Numbered from the stretch's first letter, positions 1 through 11,175 are shown. The stretch: 64,000 nucleotides of DNA from an uncultured delta proteobacterium (GCA_963775425.1 CAVZJB010000004.1:512001-576000), one strand, 5' to 3'. Notes: generated from the sequence alone by a model not told the origin. Numbers and translations: made by a program.

Positions 1-377
1 TCGTCTCCGAGCGGCGTGAGCGTCTTGAAGCGATGCCCATCGGTGCGCAGCAAGTCTGCCAGCAGGTAGCTGTCGCCGGGGTCGCTCTTGGCGCCAACGC
101 TCGAGTAGCGCGGACGCGTCGCTTTCACGACGTTCGGGTGAATCGGCACGACGTGGAATCCCGCATCGACCAGCGTGTCGACGACGAGCCCCGTCGGCCG
201 CTCGATGGCGATGCGCAGCGGCGCTTCCTCAGTGAACCTACGGAGCTTCGCCACAGCGCCGGTGAGACCCTCCTCGGTGTGCTTGACGACGAGGCGGAGC
301 ACGACGCTGCCCTTGTCGTCGATGACGCAGACGGCGTGTTCGTTCGCCGCCCAATCCAAACCTGCAAAGTACGACAC
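1..377 (-). CDS. IS110 family transposase/recombinase, N-terminal part (runs off the window)
   Basis: Hand translation from GTG at 377: MSYFAGLDWAANEHAVCVIDDKG...IAIERPTG...IHPNVVKATR...AKSDPGDSYLLADLLR, the DEDD RuvC-like domain (GxD, E, KxDxxD). RBS AAGGAGG at 384-390. Absent from the ORF track because it is truncated. Confidence 0.92.
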   Translation of the reverse strand, partial: MSYFAGLDWAANEHAVCVIDDKGSVVLRLVVKHTEEGLTGAVAKLRRFTEEAPLRIAIERPTGLVVDTLVDAGFHVVPIHPNVVKATRPRYSSVGAKSDPGDSYLLADLLRTDGHRFKTLTPLGD

Positions 378-410
378 GACGGACCTCCTTGTTGCGGTAC
401 CGTCCCCCGG

Positions 411-580
411 GCTGGGAGCCTTGATCGGTTGCTCATTGACAGGCGCTCCGTCGTCGTCAGCAAACATCGTCGGGCGCAACGTCCTGTAGCCGCTTCAAGG
501 CTCCCGGCTTCGTCGAGGGGGCGGGTCTCACAGGGGCCGTTCACCGGCAAGCGAGCGCGGCCCTCCCCGACGAAGCCCGG
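411..580. ncRNA. Putative IS110 bridge RNA (two stems with internal loops)
   Basis: GGGAGCCTTGA 414-424 pairs with TCAAGGCTCCC 495-505, and GGCTTCGTCG 506-515 pairs with CGACGAAGCC 568-577. Each stem encloses an internal loop and an inner hairpin. Lies in the IS110 non-coding end. Confidence 0.6.
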
Positions 581-732
581 GAGACGGCGCCGGGAAGATC
601 GCTCAACCCGTCACCGCGGCGTAGAGGTTGTCCAATGAGCGGCCCGGCCGCTCCCGCGGGGCGTGACCCAGCTCGCGCGCACCTGTGTTGACGCGCGTCC
701 GGCGCCGGGGGAGCCGGTGCCCGGAGGTCTCC

Positions 733-1452
733 ATGAAGAACGCCGCCATCCTCGCCGCCGCCTTCGCCGGCGCCGTCGTGTTCGCCGCCTGCCCCGTCGC
801 CGCCGCCACGGTCCACGGCTCGGGCACCGCCAGGACCGAGTCTCGCGCGCTGTCGGCGTTTTCGCGCGTGGCGCCGTCGGGCTCCTTCACCGTCGACATC
901 GTCGCCGGTGACAAGCCCTCCGCCGAGGTCACCGCCGACGACAACATCGTCCCCCTCGTTATCACCGAGGTGAAGGGCGGCGTGCTCGCGGTCCACCTGA
1001 AGCGGAACACCAGCGTGCGCACCAAGACGCCCATCGTCGTCAAGATCACGGTGCCCTCGCTCGAGGGCGTCTCCGCGTCGGGCTCCGGCGACACCGCCGT
1101 CACCGGCGTCCCCGGCAAGGACGTGGCGCTCCTGCTGTCGGGCTCGGGCAAGCTCGCCTGGAAGGGCGCGGCCGACGCCGTCTCGCTCAAGAGCTCCGGC
1201 TCGGGCGCGGCGACGCTGTCGGGCACCGCCAAGAAGCTCGAGGTCCGCGTGTCCGGCTCCGGCGACGTCGACGCGGGCGGCCTCGCCGTCGACGACGGCG
1301 CCGTCAGCATCTCCGGCTCCGGCGCGGTGCAGGTGAACGCGAAGGCCACGCTCGACGCCCGCATCGCCGGCTCGGGCCGCGTGCGCTACACGGGCGCGCC
1401 CACGGTCACCAAGAAGATCACGGGCTCCGGCACCGTCGCGCCGGCGACGTAG
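733..1452 (+). CDS. DUF2807 / head GIN domain exported protein
   Basis: Signal peptide, ADDNIVPLVITEV motif and repeated SGSG beta-solenoid units. RBS GGAGG at 723-727, ATG at 733. Confidence 0.85.
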   Translation: MKNAAILAAAFAGAVVFAACPVAAATVHGSGTARTESRALSAFSRVAPSGSFTVDIVAGDKPSAEVTADDNIVPLVITEVKGGVLAVHLKRNTSVRTKTPIVVKITVPSLEGVSASGSGDTAVTGVPGKDVALLLSGSGKLAWKGAADAVSLKSSGSGAATLSGTAKKLEVRVSGSGDVDAGGLAVDDGAVSISGSGAVQVNAKATLDARIAGSGRVRYTGAPTVTKKITGSGTVAPAT

Positions 1453-1472
1453 GGCGCGCCTCGCCGAGCCCG

Positions 1473-2750
1473 TCAGAAGCAGTCGGGGTCGGGGAGCGGG
1501 CAGAAATCGTCGCAGAACTGCCCGTCGCCGTAGAAGCCGTTGGCGGCGCAGATGTCCTCGACGCACTGGGTGCCGGTGGCGTCGACGACGAAGCCGGGGT
1601 CGCACGAGCACAGGCCGTTGCCCGCCGGGCTCGAGTTGGCCGGGCACAGCGCCGTATCGTCGAGGACGCACTGGGTGCCGCTGGCGTCGACGACGAAGCC
1701 GTCGTCGCACAAGCAGAAGTTGGCGTCGGCCGGGTCAGGCGAGGCGTTTGCGGGGCAGCCGTCGCCGAGCGTGGCCGGGTCGAGCTCGCAGCCGGTGCCG
1801 GCGGCGTTCACGACGAAGCCGTCGTCGCACAGGCAGAAGTTGGCGTCGCTCGGGTCGGGCGAGGCGTTGTCCGGGCAGCCGGCGCCGACGGGGTCGGAGG
1901 CCTGCGCCTCGCAGCCGGTGCCGGCGGCGTTCACGACGAAGCCGTCGTCGCACACGCAGAAGTTGGCGTCGCTCGGGTCGGGCGAGGCGTTCGCGGGGCA
2001 GCCGTCGGCGGCGGTCTCGGGCGGGGGGGTGCTCGTGGCGGTGTCGGCGACGCAGCCGTTGCCGCTGCGCACGAAGCCGGGATCGCACGCGCAGGTCTCC
2101 GTGCCGGGCACGGGTGAGGCGTGCGGCACGCAGGTCGTCGTCGACGACGGGGTCGCGGGATCGCAGGTGCCGGTGGCGGTGTCGGCGGTGAAGCCGTCGT
2201 CGCACTCACAGACGCCGTTGCCGCCCGGGACGGGCGAGGCGTGGGCCGGGCATGCGCCGCCCGCGGCGCCCGCGGCGGCCACGCACGCGCCGGCGCCGCC
2301 GCAGACCTCGCCGGCGCCGCAGTCGGCGTCGCCGGCACACTCGACGCACAGGCCGGTGCGCGCGGCGTCGTCCGTGTTGCAGACGGGGGTGGCGCCGCCG
2401 CACTGCGCCGCGGTGCGGCACCAGCCGGGGAGGAGCGGCTCGCACCCGCCGGTGGAGGTGTCACAGAAGCTGTCGGCCGGGCAGTCGCGGGTCTCGGTGC
2501 AGGAGGCCGGCGCCGACGCCGGCGGCGCGGCGCACGAGCCGTCCAAGCACAGCTCCCCGGCGGCGACGTCGCACTCGAGGTCGGCGCTGCAGCTCGTGCG
2601 GGCGACGCAGGCGCCGTCGACGCAGCTCTCGCCGGCGAGGCAGGCGTTGTCGTCGTCGCAGGGGGCCCGGTTGACGGTGGCGACGCCGCCGCACGCCGCG
2701 GCCAGGAGCCCGAGGAGCCCGAGGAGCAGCAAGGGGAGCGACCGCCGCAT
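1473..2750 (-). CDS. Cys-rich lipoprotein with tandem EGF-like repeats
   Basis: Lipobox LAAAC. Repeats of CPANASPDPSDANFCxCDDGFVVNAAGTGC. C-terminus CAANGFYGDGQFCDDFCPLPDPDC. Confidence 0.8.
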   Translation of the reverse strand: MRRSLPLLLLGLLGLLAAACGGVATVNRAPCDDDNACLAGESCVDGACVARTSCSADLECDVAAGELCLDGSCAAPPASAPASCTETRDCPADSFCDTSTGGCEPLLPGWCRTAAQCGGATPVCNTDDAARTGLCVECAGDADCGAGEVCGGAGACVAAAGAAGGACPAHASPVPGGNGVCECDDGFTADTATGTCDPATPSSTTTCVPHASPVPGTETCACDPGFVRSGNGCVADTATSTPPPETAADGCPANASPDPSDANFCVCDDGFVVNAAGTGCEAQASDPVGAGCPDNASPDPSDANFCLCDDGFVVNAAGTGCELDPATLGDGCPANASPDPADANFCLCDDGFVVDASGTQCVLDDTALCPANSSPAGNGLCSCDPGFVVDATGTQCVEDICAANGFYGDGQFCDDFCPLPDPDCF

Positions 2751-2870
2751 GCGGGGTGTATCGGCGAGGACGAGGCCCATCCCCTCCCCCGCGCCCGCGG
2801 ATCATGCCGTCACGACGGCCGATGGGAGGCGGTCCGAGCGGCACCTACACGCATCTGGTACCATGGCGGG

Positions 2871-3389
2871 ATGCATGGACGAACTGAGCGCATCCTCGTC
2901 GTGCTCGCCCTCGCCGCCGGGGTGGCGGGGACGGTCGCGTCGGACCCTCTGCCGCCCGGGGACATCTCGGGGTCGGCCGGGCCCATCACCGTCACGCTCG
3001 ACGCGGCCACGCCCAACGTCGAAAAGACCGTCGCCGCCACGCTGACCGCCTCGGGGCCGATCGACACGGGCACCGTCCGGCTGAGCGCCGACTTCAGCGA
3101 CGGCTCCGCGGCCCAGCTCAGCATGGGCATCGAGCCCGACAGCGGCGACGGCAACGAGACCCAGGTCCTGGACACCTCCGCGCAGCCGAGCGTCGAGCTC
3201 GCGGTCGACGCGTTCGCCGACTGCGCCGACAGCCCCTGCTCGCAGTCGTTCACCGTCCACTTCGAGCGCCTCGAGGCCGACGTCGTCGACCCGCTCACCT
3301 TCGACTTCACCGTCGACGGCGCCGCCACCGTCGTCGACGACGGCAGCGGCGAGACGCCCACCGGCTCGCTCGATCTCAGCGTGAACTGA
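2871..3389 (+). CDS. Hypothetical exported acidic protein
   Basis: 3' part of ORF 2121..3389. ATG at 2871 gives MHGRTERILVVLALAAGVAG (signal-like) followed by a beta-rich acidic domain. Confidence 0.65.
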   Translation: MHGRTERILVVLALAAGVAGTVASDPLPPGDISGSAGPITVTLDAATPNVEKTVAATLTASGPIDTGTVRLSADFSDGSAAQLSMGIEPDSGDGNETQVLDTSAQPSVELAVDAFADCADSPCSQSFTVHFERLEADVVDPLTFDFTVDGAATVVDDGSGETPTGSLDLSVN

Positions 3390-3439
3390 GCTCGGCCTTC
3401 GGCGTCGTCGCGCGCGAGCTTGTGCGACGAACGTGGGGG

Positions 3440-5017
<1,578 letters not shown>

Positions 5018-5039
5018 AGCGGCCCCGAGTCTTGCACAC

Positions 5040-6695
5040 TCAACGTTTCTTCGTCGTGTCTTCGTCGTCGGCGAGCGAAATCACCCGGCGGCTGCCGGTG
5101 CTCACGCGGTGGCTGCGACCGGTGGTCGGGCGCTCCGGGTGCAGCGCGGCGGGACGGGTATTCTCGGCGGTGCTGGCGCTCGCCTCGAATTCCTCGGCGT
5201 CGGCCGCGGGCAGGACCACGCTGGGGCGCATCGCGCTCCGCTGCGGCGCCGTCGTCGACGGTGGATCGGCGAGGTGCGCGGGCAGCCGCGTGGGCTCCGT
5301 GGCCGCGAACTCGCCGTCGGCGGAGGGGAGGTCGTCGTCGGGCCGGAGCCCGAGGGCGTCGAGGTCGGGGCGCACCTCGACGAGGGTCGGCACGAGATCG
5401 TCGCCGTCGTCCGGATCCGGCGGCAACGCCGCCGCGCGGTTGCTGGCGGTGACCGGGCGCCGCGGCGACGGCTCGCTGCGCGCGGTGGGCTGCTTCGGCT
5501 CCGGGCGCGCAGGCGCGCCCGCCGGCCGCGGGTTCCTGCCGCTGTCGGTGGCGATGCGCGGGGGCACCGGCCGCGGCCGCGACGACGTGAACACCGGCTC
5601 CTCCGCGCTCGCGCTCCCGCCGGTCAACGCGGGGATGGGGGCGCGGCTCACCATGGTCAAGTGCTTCACCTGCGTGGTGACCGGGCTCGCCTGCGACGCG
5701 GGCGCGGGCTCCGGCTCGGGCTCCGGCTCGGGCTCCGTGCGCGGCGGCGCCTGCAACATCGGCTCGTGGAAATCGAGGTTGGGAAACTGCGACGTCAGCT
5801 CCGCGACCACGTGCCCGCGCTGCGCGACCAGGCCGTAGCTCTCGGCGATGGCGGCCAGGGACGCCTCGAACGCCGCGGCGGTCTGCGGCCGGTCCTCCCG
5901 CTTCTTCGCCAGCGACCGGCGCATGAGCTCCTCGAGCTCCGGCGGCACGAGGAGAGACGGATCGAGCCGAGGCACCTCGTTTTGCATCATGGCGGCGATG
6001 AACTGCGTGGCGGACTCGCCGAAGAACAGGCGCTCCGCGGTGAGCGCCTCGTACAGGAGGATGCCGACGTTGTAGAGGTCGCTCCGGAAGTCGAGCTTCC
6101 CCGCCATCAACTGCTCGGGGGACATGTAGCCGAACTTGCCCTTGATGATGCCGGCCTTGGTGCGGACCTCGGCGGTCTCCACCTTGGCGACACCAAAGTC
6201 GGTGAGCTTCACCTGCCCGTCCTTGCAGATGAAGATGTTGTGCGGGGAGATGTCACGGTGGATGAGGCCGAGCACGCGGCCGCTCTTGTCACGCGCCTCC
6301 GTGGCCGCGTAGTGCAGCGCCTTCAGCACCTCACGCGCGACGTGTATGCAGAACCACACCGGCAGCGTCTGCTCCTTGAGCGACGCCGCCTCGATGACCT
6401 CCGAGAGGTCGCGCCCCTCGAGGAACTCCATGACGATGAACGTCTCCTGCGCGCCGGCGCCCTCGGCCTGCGCGACGTCGTAGACGCGCACGATGTTGTC
6501 ATGCTCGAGGCACGCGGCGATGCGCTGCTCCTCGATGAACATGCGCATCATCTCCGGGTCCGTCAGGAGCTCGGGGAGCATGCGCTTTACGGCGTAGTAC
6601 CAGGAGCGGCCGCTCTCGTCGCGCGCGCGAGCGCGGTAGACCTCCGCCATCCCGCCCTGCGCGTGGAGGTTCAAGATCTCGAGGCCGGCCGTCAT
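5040..6695 (-). CDS. Ser/Thr protein kinase, tandem paralogue of 3440..5017
   Basis: Same kinase motifs and a near-identical N-terminus AGLEILNLHAQGGMAEV. Confidence 0.93.
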   Translation of the reverse strand: MTAGLEILNLHAQGGMAEVYRARARDESGRSWYYAVKRMLPELLTDPEMMRMFIEEQRIAACLEHDNIVRVYDVAQAEGAGAQETFIVMEFLEGRDLSEVIEAASLKEQTLPVWFCIHVAREVLKALHYAATEARDKSGRVLGLIHRDISPHNIFICKDGQVKLTDFGVAKVETAEVRTKAGIIKGKFGYMSPEQLMAGKLDFRSDLYNVGILLYEALTAERLFFGESATQFIAAMMQNEVPRLDPSLLVPPELEELMRRSLAKKREDRPQTAAAFEASLAAIAESYGLVAQRGHVVAELTSQFPNLDFHEPMLQAPPRTEPEPEPEPEPAPASQASPVTTQVKHLTMVSRAPIPALTGGSASAEEPVFTSSRPRPVPPRIATDSGRNPRPAGAPARPEPKQPTARSEPSPRRPVTASNRAAALPPDPDDGDDLVPTLVEVRPDLDALGLRPDDDLPSADGEFAATEPTRLPAHLADPPSTTAPQRSAMRPSVVLPAADAEEFEASASTAENTRPAALHPERPTTGRSHRVSTGSRRVISLADDEDTTKKR

Positions 6696-6743
6696 GCACG
6701 GCAGCTTGGCACAAGTGCAACGCCGCCCGCTCGCCGGTGTCCG

Positions 6744-8204
6744 TCAGCGTGCAAGACGCACCACGGCTTCCAGGATCTCCCTCTCGTCGAGGGAGGCGAA
6801 GCCCATGCGCAGATACGGGCGCGCGACGCCGTCGAGGGCGAAGTCGCGCGCCTCCGCGACGCCCACGCCGTTTCGGCGCGCCCGCGCGACAAACGCTCCC
6901 ACGTCTCCCGGTGTGTGCGCCCACAGCGCCATGCCCCCGCGCGGCACGTCGAACTCGAGGGCGCCGCCGAGGCGCGCGCGCAACGCCGTGACGAGGACGT
7001 CTCGGCGCGCGCGATAGATACGCCGCATCCGGCGCACGTGGCGCAGGACGGTGCCGTCGTCGAGGAGGTCGGCCACCGCCGCCTCGAGGGCGAGGTCCCC
7101 CTGCCGGTCGACGTGGCGGCGCAGTCGCGCGGCGCCGTCGACGACGGCGGGCGGGCCCGCCATGAAGCCGAGGCGGAGCCCGGGGGCCAACACCTTGGAG
7201 AGCGTGCCGACGTAGACGCACACGCCTGCGTCGTCGTCCGCGGCGAGCGGCAGCGGCGGCCGCCCTTCGTATTGAAGCTCGTGGTCGTAGTCGTCCTCGA
7301 GGATGGCGATGCGCTCCCGGGCGCACAGCGACAAGAGCGCGCGGCGGCGGCGCGCGGCGAGGGGGACGGTGGTCGGATACTGGTGATGCGGCGTCACGTA
7401 CACCATGCGCACGCTGCCGCGGCCGCCGGCGGCGACGGCGCGCGCCAAAGCGTCGACGTCGAGCCCCTGCCCGTCGACGGGGACGGGCAGGAGCCGCGCG
7501 CCTGCGTGCAGCAGCGCCGCCCACGCCGGCGAGTAGCCGAGCTCTTCCACGGCGACCACGTCGCCCGGCCGGATGACGAGGCGCGCGGCCAGGTCGATGC
7601 CCATCTGGGCCCCGCGCACGACAACGACGTCGTCGGCGCTCACGTCGAGGCCGCGGCGCGCGGCGAGCATCCGCGCGAGCGCGCTGCGCAGCGCCGGGTG
7701 CCCGCGCTCGTCGCCGTAGCCGAGGAGCAGCGGGGCGCCGCGCTGCTTGAGCGCCTTGCGAAACGCGCGCGCAATCTCGTCGACCGGCAGGAGGCGCATG
7801 TCGGGCACGCCGCTCTGCATGACGAGCGTCCCCTTCGGCCACGACGTCGGCGGCCGCGGCAGCGCCGGCAGCGGCGGCGCCAGATCGAACCCCGGGGCGG
7901 CCTGCGCTCGTCGCGGACTGCGCCTCGCGGCGGCGGCGGGTGCCTCGCGCCAGTCGTCGGACACCAGCGTCGCGCGCGCCGGCGACGACGTGGTGAAGCC
8001 TTGCGCGCGCAGCTCGTCGTACGCCGCGACCACCGTGTTGCGGTTGACGCCGAGGAGCGCCGCCAGCTCGCGTGTGCCGGGCAACGCGTCGCCGGCGCGC
8101 AGGCGCCCGCGCGCCACGGCCGCGCCGAGGCCCTCGGCGATCTGCACGTACAGCGGCGTGTCCGCCGCCGCATCGAGCGGAACGGCGACGTCCCACGTGC
8201 GCAT
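6744..8204 (-). CDS. MocR/GabR-type regulator (GntR HTH + PLP aminotransferase domain)
   Basis: LPGTRELAALLGVNRNTVVAAYDEL HTH, TPHHQYPT, EDDYD and GTLSKVLAPGLRLG. Confidence 0.93.
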   Translation of the reverse strand: MRTWDVAVPLDAAADTPLYVQIAEGLGAAVARGRLRAGDALPGTRELAALLGVNRNTVVAAYDELRAQGFTTSSPARATLVSDDWREAPAAAARRSPRRAQAAPGFDLAPPLPALPRPPTSWPKGTLVMQSGVPDMRLLPVDEIARAFRKALKQRGAPLLLGYGDERGHPALRSALARMLAARRGLDVSADDVVVVRGAQMGIDLAARLVIRPGDVVAVEELGYSPAWAALLHAGARLLPVPVDGQGLDVDALARAVAAGGRGSVRMVYVTPHHQYPTTVPLAARRRRALLSLCARERIAILEDDYDHELQYEGRPPLPLAADDDAGVCVYVGTLSKVLAPGLRLGFMAGPPAVVDGAARLRRHVDRQGDLALEAAVADLLDDGTVLRHVRRMRRIYRARRDVLVTALRARLGGALEFDVPRGGMALWAHTPGDVGAFVARARRNGVGVAEARDFALDGVARPYLRMGFASLDEREILEAVVRLAR

Positions 8205-8205
8205 T

Positions 8206-10017
8206 TCAGGACTTCACGAGCTGCTCGAGCTGCCAGCGCTGCACGTGCAGGCTCTCCTCCGCGCGCGCGAGCGTGGCGCGGGTGCGCGCGAGGAGGACGC
8301 TGGGCGTGATGATGGCCGCGGCGATGCACAAGATCAGGAAGACGAGCGACCTCTCGTCGAGGGTGAGCAGCATCTCCTTCACCATCACGCCGCCGGAGAC
8401 GAACATGTACTGCGGCGACACAGCCTCCCACGCCAGCGCAGCCGCCACCGTCACGCAGCCGAGCGCGGTGCTCACGCGCCGGTGCCAGAGGTCGGGGTGC
8501 ACCTGCCGCGCGGTGGCGGTGGCGACGATGAGCACCGACAGGAAGCCGACGGGCCCCGTCAACCGCGTGAGCGGGAGCAAGCCGGCCAGGTCCGCGACCA
8601 CGGCCGCCGTCTGCAGCGCCATCGACGGCTGTTTGCTGCGCGCCACCAGGACGTTGAGCACGATGGCGACGCCCAGGGCGATCAGCGTGTACGCGAGCAG
8701 GAGCCAGTCGCGCACGCCCACCCACGCCGCGACCGGGACGAGCGCGAAGAACGGCAGCGCGCTGCCGACGCTGTAACGCGCGAGCAGCCGCATCTGCTCG
8801 TTGCGGTCCTCGTCGATTCGCCGCGTGACCTCCGGCGGGCGGTGCGCGGGGGGCGACGTCAGCAGGCGGAGCAGCGACGCGCGCGCCTCCTCGTTGTCGG
8901 GGTCGACGGCGACGGCGCTGCCAAGCTCTTTGAGCGCCTCGGCCCGCGAGCGGTCGTCGTCGGGCGCCACCAGCGCGCGCTCGGCCGACGCGAGGTGCAT
9001 GCGCGCCATCTCGCGGCGCTGGGACGCTTGCGCTTCGCCGGCGATGACGGCGTCGACGGCGTCGTGCAGCTCGCGCGCGCTCTGGTACCGGTGCGCGGGC
9101 TCGATCGCGAGCGCGCGGGCGCAGATGGCGTCGATGGCGGCGGGCACCGCGCGCCCCGGCGCGCGCAGCGCGGGGCGCGGCTCCACGCCGCGCAACGTGA
9201 GCAGGGTGGCCTCGAGCGCGTCGGCGGCCCGGATGTACGGCTCACGCGCGGCGATCTCGAACAGCAACGCGCCGAGGGCGTACACGTCGGTGGCGGGCCC
9301 GATGGGTCCGACGGACGGATCGATCTGTTCCGGGGCCATGTAGCCGGGTGTGCCGAGGAGGCTGCCGGCGACGGTGGCGGGCGTGGCGCCCGCGGCGACG
9401 GGCTCGCGCTCCGCGGTGGCCGCGCGGGCGTCGCCGTCGCCGAGCGGGTCGTCGTCGGACGCGCCCCGCCCGACGCGCGCGAGGCCCCAGTCGAGCAGGT
9501 AGACCTCGCCGAAGTCTCCGAGCATGACGTTGCCGGGTTTGATGTCGCGGTGGACCACGCCCTTGTTGTGCGCAAAGTCCACCGCGAGGCAGACGCTGGT
9601 GAACGCGGAGAGCAGCTTTCTGAGCGGCAGCGCGTCCTCGTGGAGGAGGGCGGCGAGCGTCTTTCCGCGCACGCGCTTCATCGCGAAGTAGGCGGTGCCG
9701 TCGTCGAGGATCTCGATCTCGTAGACGGGGACGATGCTCGGGTGGTCGAGCTGGGCCTGGACCCGCGCTTCGCGCAGGAAGCGCTCGTGCTCCGCGCCGG
9801 CCAACGCCACCTTGATGGCGACGTCGCGGCCGATGCGGGCGTCGCGGCAGAGCCGCACCTCGCCCATGCCGCCCCGCCCGAGGATGTTGCGGACCTCGTA
9901 GCGCGTCTCCAGGGTGAGCTCCCGCTCCGTGGTGTCCACCACGCGCGCGCCCGAGTCGCGCGCCGTGAGCGTGGGGTCGTCGAGGAACGGTTGAAAAATG
10001 GTCGCGAGCGTCTTCAT
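8206..10017 (-). CDS. Ser/Thr protein kinase with C-terminal multi-TM domain
   Basis: LGRGGMGEV, HRDIKPGN, DWG and GTPGYMAPEQ, then several hydrophobic segments. Confidence 0.9.
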   Translation of the reverse strand: MKTLATIFQPFLDDPTLTARDSGARVVDTTERELTLETRYEVRNILGRGGMGEVRLCRDARIGRDVAIKVALAGAEHERFLREARVQAQLDHPSIVPVYEIEILDDGTAYFAMKRVRGKTLAALLHEDALPLRKLLSAFTSVCLAVDFAHNKGVVHRDIKPGNVMLGDFGEVYLLDWGLARVGRGASDDDPLGDGDARAATAEREPVAAGATPATVAGSLLGTPGYMAPEQIDPSVGPIGPATDVYALGALLFEIAAREPYIRAADALEATLLTLRGVEPRPALRAPGRAVPAAIDAICARALAIEPAHRYQSARELHDAVDAVIAGEAQASQRREMARMHLASAERALVAPDDDRSRAEALKELGSAVAVDPDNEEARASLLRLLTSPPAHRPPEVTRRIDEDRNEQMRLLARYSVGSALPFFALVPVAAWVGVRDWLLLAYTLIALGVAIVLNVLVARSKQPSMALQTAAVVADLAGLLPLTRLTGPVGFLSVLIVATATARQVHPDLWHRRVSTALGCVTVAAALAWEAVSPQYMFVSGGVMVKEMLLTLDERSLVFLILCIAAAIITPSVLLARTRATLARAEESLHVQRWQLEQLVKS

Positions 10018-10051
10018 CGCGGACAGTCTAGCCCCGGGCGCGCAGCCCGTA

Positions 10052-10095
10052 CTGGACCAGCGGATATGTACGATCTGGACCTTTGTGGTGGTCCA
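10052..10095. promoter_or_regulatory. Putative MocR-family operator (two direct repeats and one inverted repeat)
   Basis: CTGGACC at 10052-10058 and 10075-10081 plus inverted GGTCCA at 10090-10095, in the divergent intergenic gap. Confidence 0.6.
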
Positions 10096-10116
10096 TCACA
10101 CCGGCACGATGCCCGC

Positions 10117-11175
10117 ATGAGACGTGAAGTGTTCCGCGGCGCTCGCGAGCGGGCCGTGGCGTTGCTCGAGCGCGCGCCCTTCGTTCACGTGGCGGGCGTC
10201 GACGCCGACGGCGCACCGGTTGCGCGCACGCTCCACGGCGTCGTCAACGGCAACCGCGTCTGCTTTCACGCGGCCCCCGTGGGTGAAAAGAGCGCGCTCG
10301 TGGGCAAGCCCGTCGTCGTTTGGGCGGAGGAGATCGTCGCCGAGATCCCCTCGACGTTCACCGATCCCGTTCGCGCCTGCCCGGCCACCACGCTCTACGA
10401 GAGCGCGCAGGTGCACGGGGTGCTCACGCGCGTCGACGACATCGACGACAAGGCCCGCGTCCTTCAGGCGCTCATGCGGCGCTACCAACCGCAGGGCGGC
10501 CACGCCCCGATCACCGCGGACGATCCACGCTACGCCGCCGCCGTCCGCGGCGTCGCCATCCTCGCCGTCTCGCTCGACGACGTCGACGGCAAGCGCAAGC
10601 TCGCGCAGAACAAGAGCCCCGAGGAGCGGGCCCGCCTCCTCGAGAAGCTGTGGCAGCGCGGCGCGCCCGGCGACGCGCGCGCCGTCGACCTCGTGCGCGG
10701 CGCCGCCCCCGGCGGGCCGCCGGTGACGCCCGCGTTCCTCGCCGCGCCGCGCGGGTTCCTCTTGCGCTGCGCGCTCGACGCGCCCGGCGACGCGGCACGC
10801 TTCGCCGGGGACGCCGCGGCGCTCCTCGACGATGCGTACTGGAACGTCGGCGTCGGCCGCGAGCGCATCGCCCGCGCACACCTCGCCTCGAGCGCGTGGG
10901 TGGGCGCCCTCGACGAGGCGGGCCGGCTCGCGGCCACGGCGCGCGCGCTCGCCGACGGCGCCAAGTGGGCGACCATCTACGACGTGATCGTGCGCGCCGA
11001 CGTGCGCGGTCGCGGGCTCGGCTCCGCTGTGGTGCGCCTGCTGCTCGAGCACCCCGCGCTGCGCGCGTGCACGAAGGTCGCGCTGCGCACGCGAGACGCG
11101 CAGGGGCTCTACGCGCGACACGGCTTCGTGGAACGGCCGGCGTCCCAGAACACCGAAATGGTGCTCGTTCGTTGA
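10117..11175 (+). CDS. Flavin-binding (pyridoxamine 5'-phosphate oxidase/NimA-like) domain fused to a GNAT acetyltransferase
   Basis: 3' part of ORF 7747..11175 with ATG at 10117. N-domain ACPATTLYESAQVHG...GKRKLAQNK; GNAT motifs VRGRGLGSAVV and AQGLYARHGF. Confidence 0.82.
   Translation: MRREVFRGARERAVALLERAPFVHVAGVDADGAPVARTLHGVVNGNRVCFHAAPVGEKSALVGKPVVVWAEEIVAEIPSTFTDPVRACPATTLYESAQVHGVLTRVDDIDDKARVLQALMRRYQPQGGHAPITADDPRYAAAVRGVAILAVSLDDVDGKRKLAQNKSPEERARLLEKLWQRGAPGDARAVDLVRGAAPGGPPVTPAFLAAPRGFLLRCALDAPGDAARFAGDAAALLDDAYWNVGVGRERIARAHLASSAWVGALDEAGRLAATARALADGAKWATIYDVIVRADVRGRGLGSAVVRLLLEHPALRACTKVALRTRDAQGLYARHGFVERPASQNTEMVLVR

Larger units (their letters stand above)
1..633 (-). mobile_element. 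IS110 family insertion sequence, left part (boundary near 630-633 inferred)
   Basis: Transposase 5' part plus about 250 bp of structured non-coding leader. The boundary is inferred from a loop-to-flank match, not from an empty site. Confidence 0.7.

Noticed and set aside
33-638. 201-aa + strand ORF
   Set aside because: Antisense to the IS110 transposase and its leader, with no recognisable domain.
663-690. ECF-type promoter GTGACC-N16-GTGTT before the DUF2807 gene
   Set aside because: Plausible, but too short and degenerate to support without a TSS or the cognate sigma factor.
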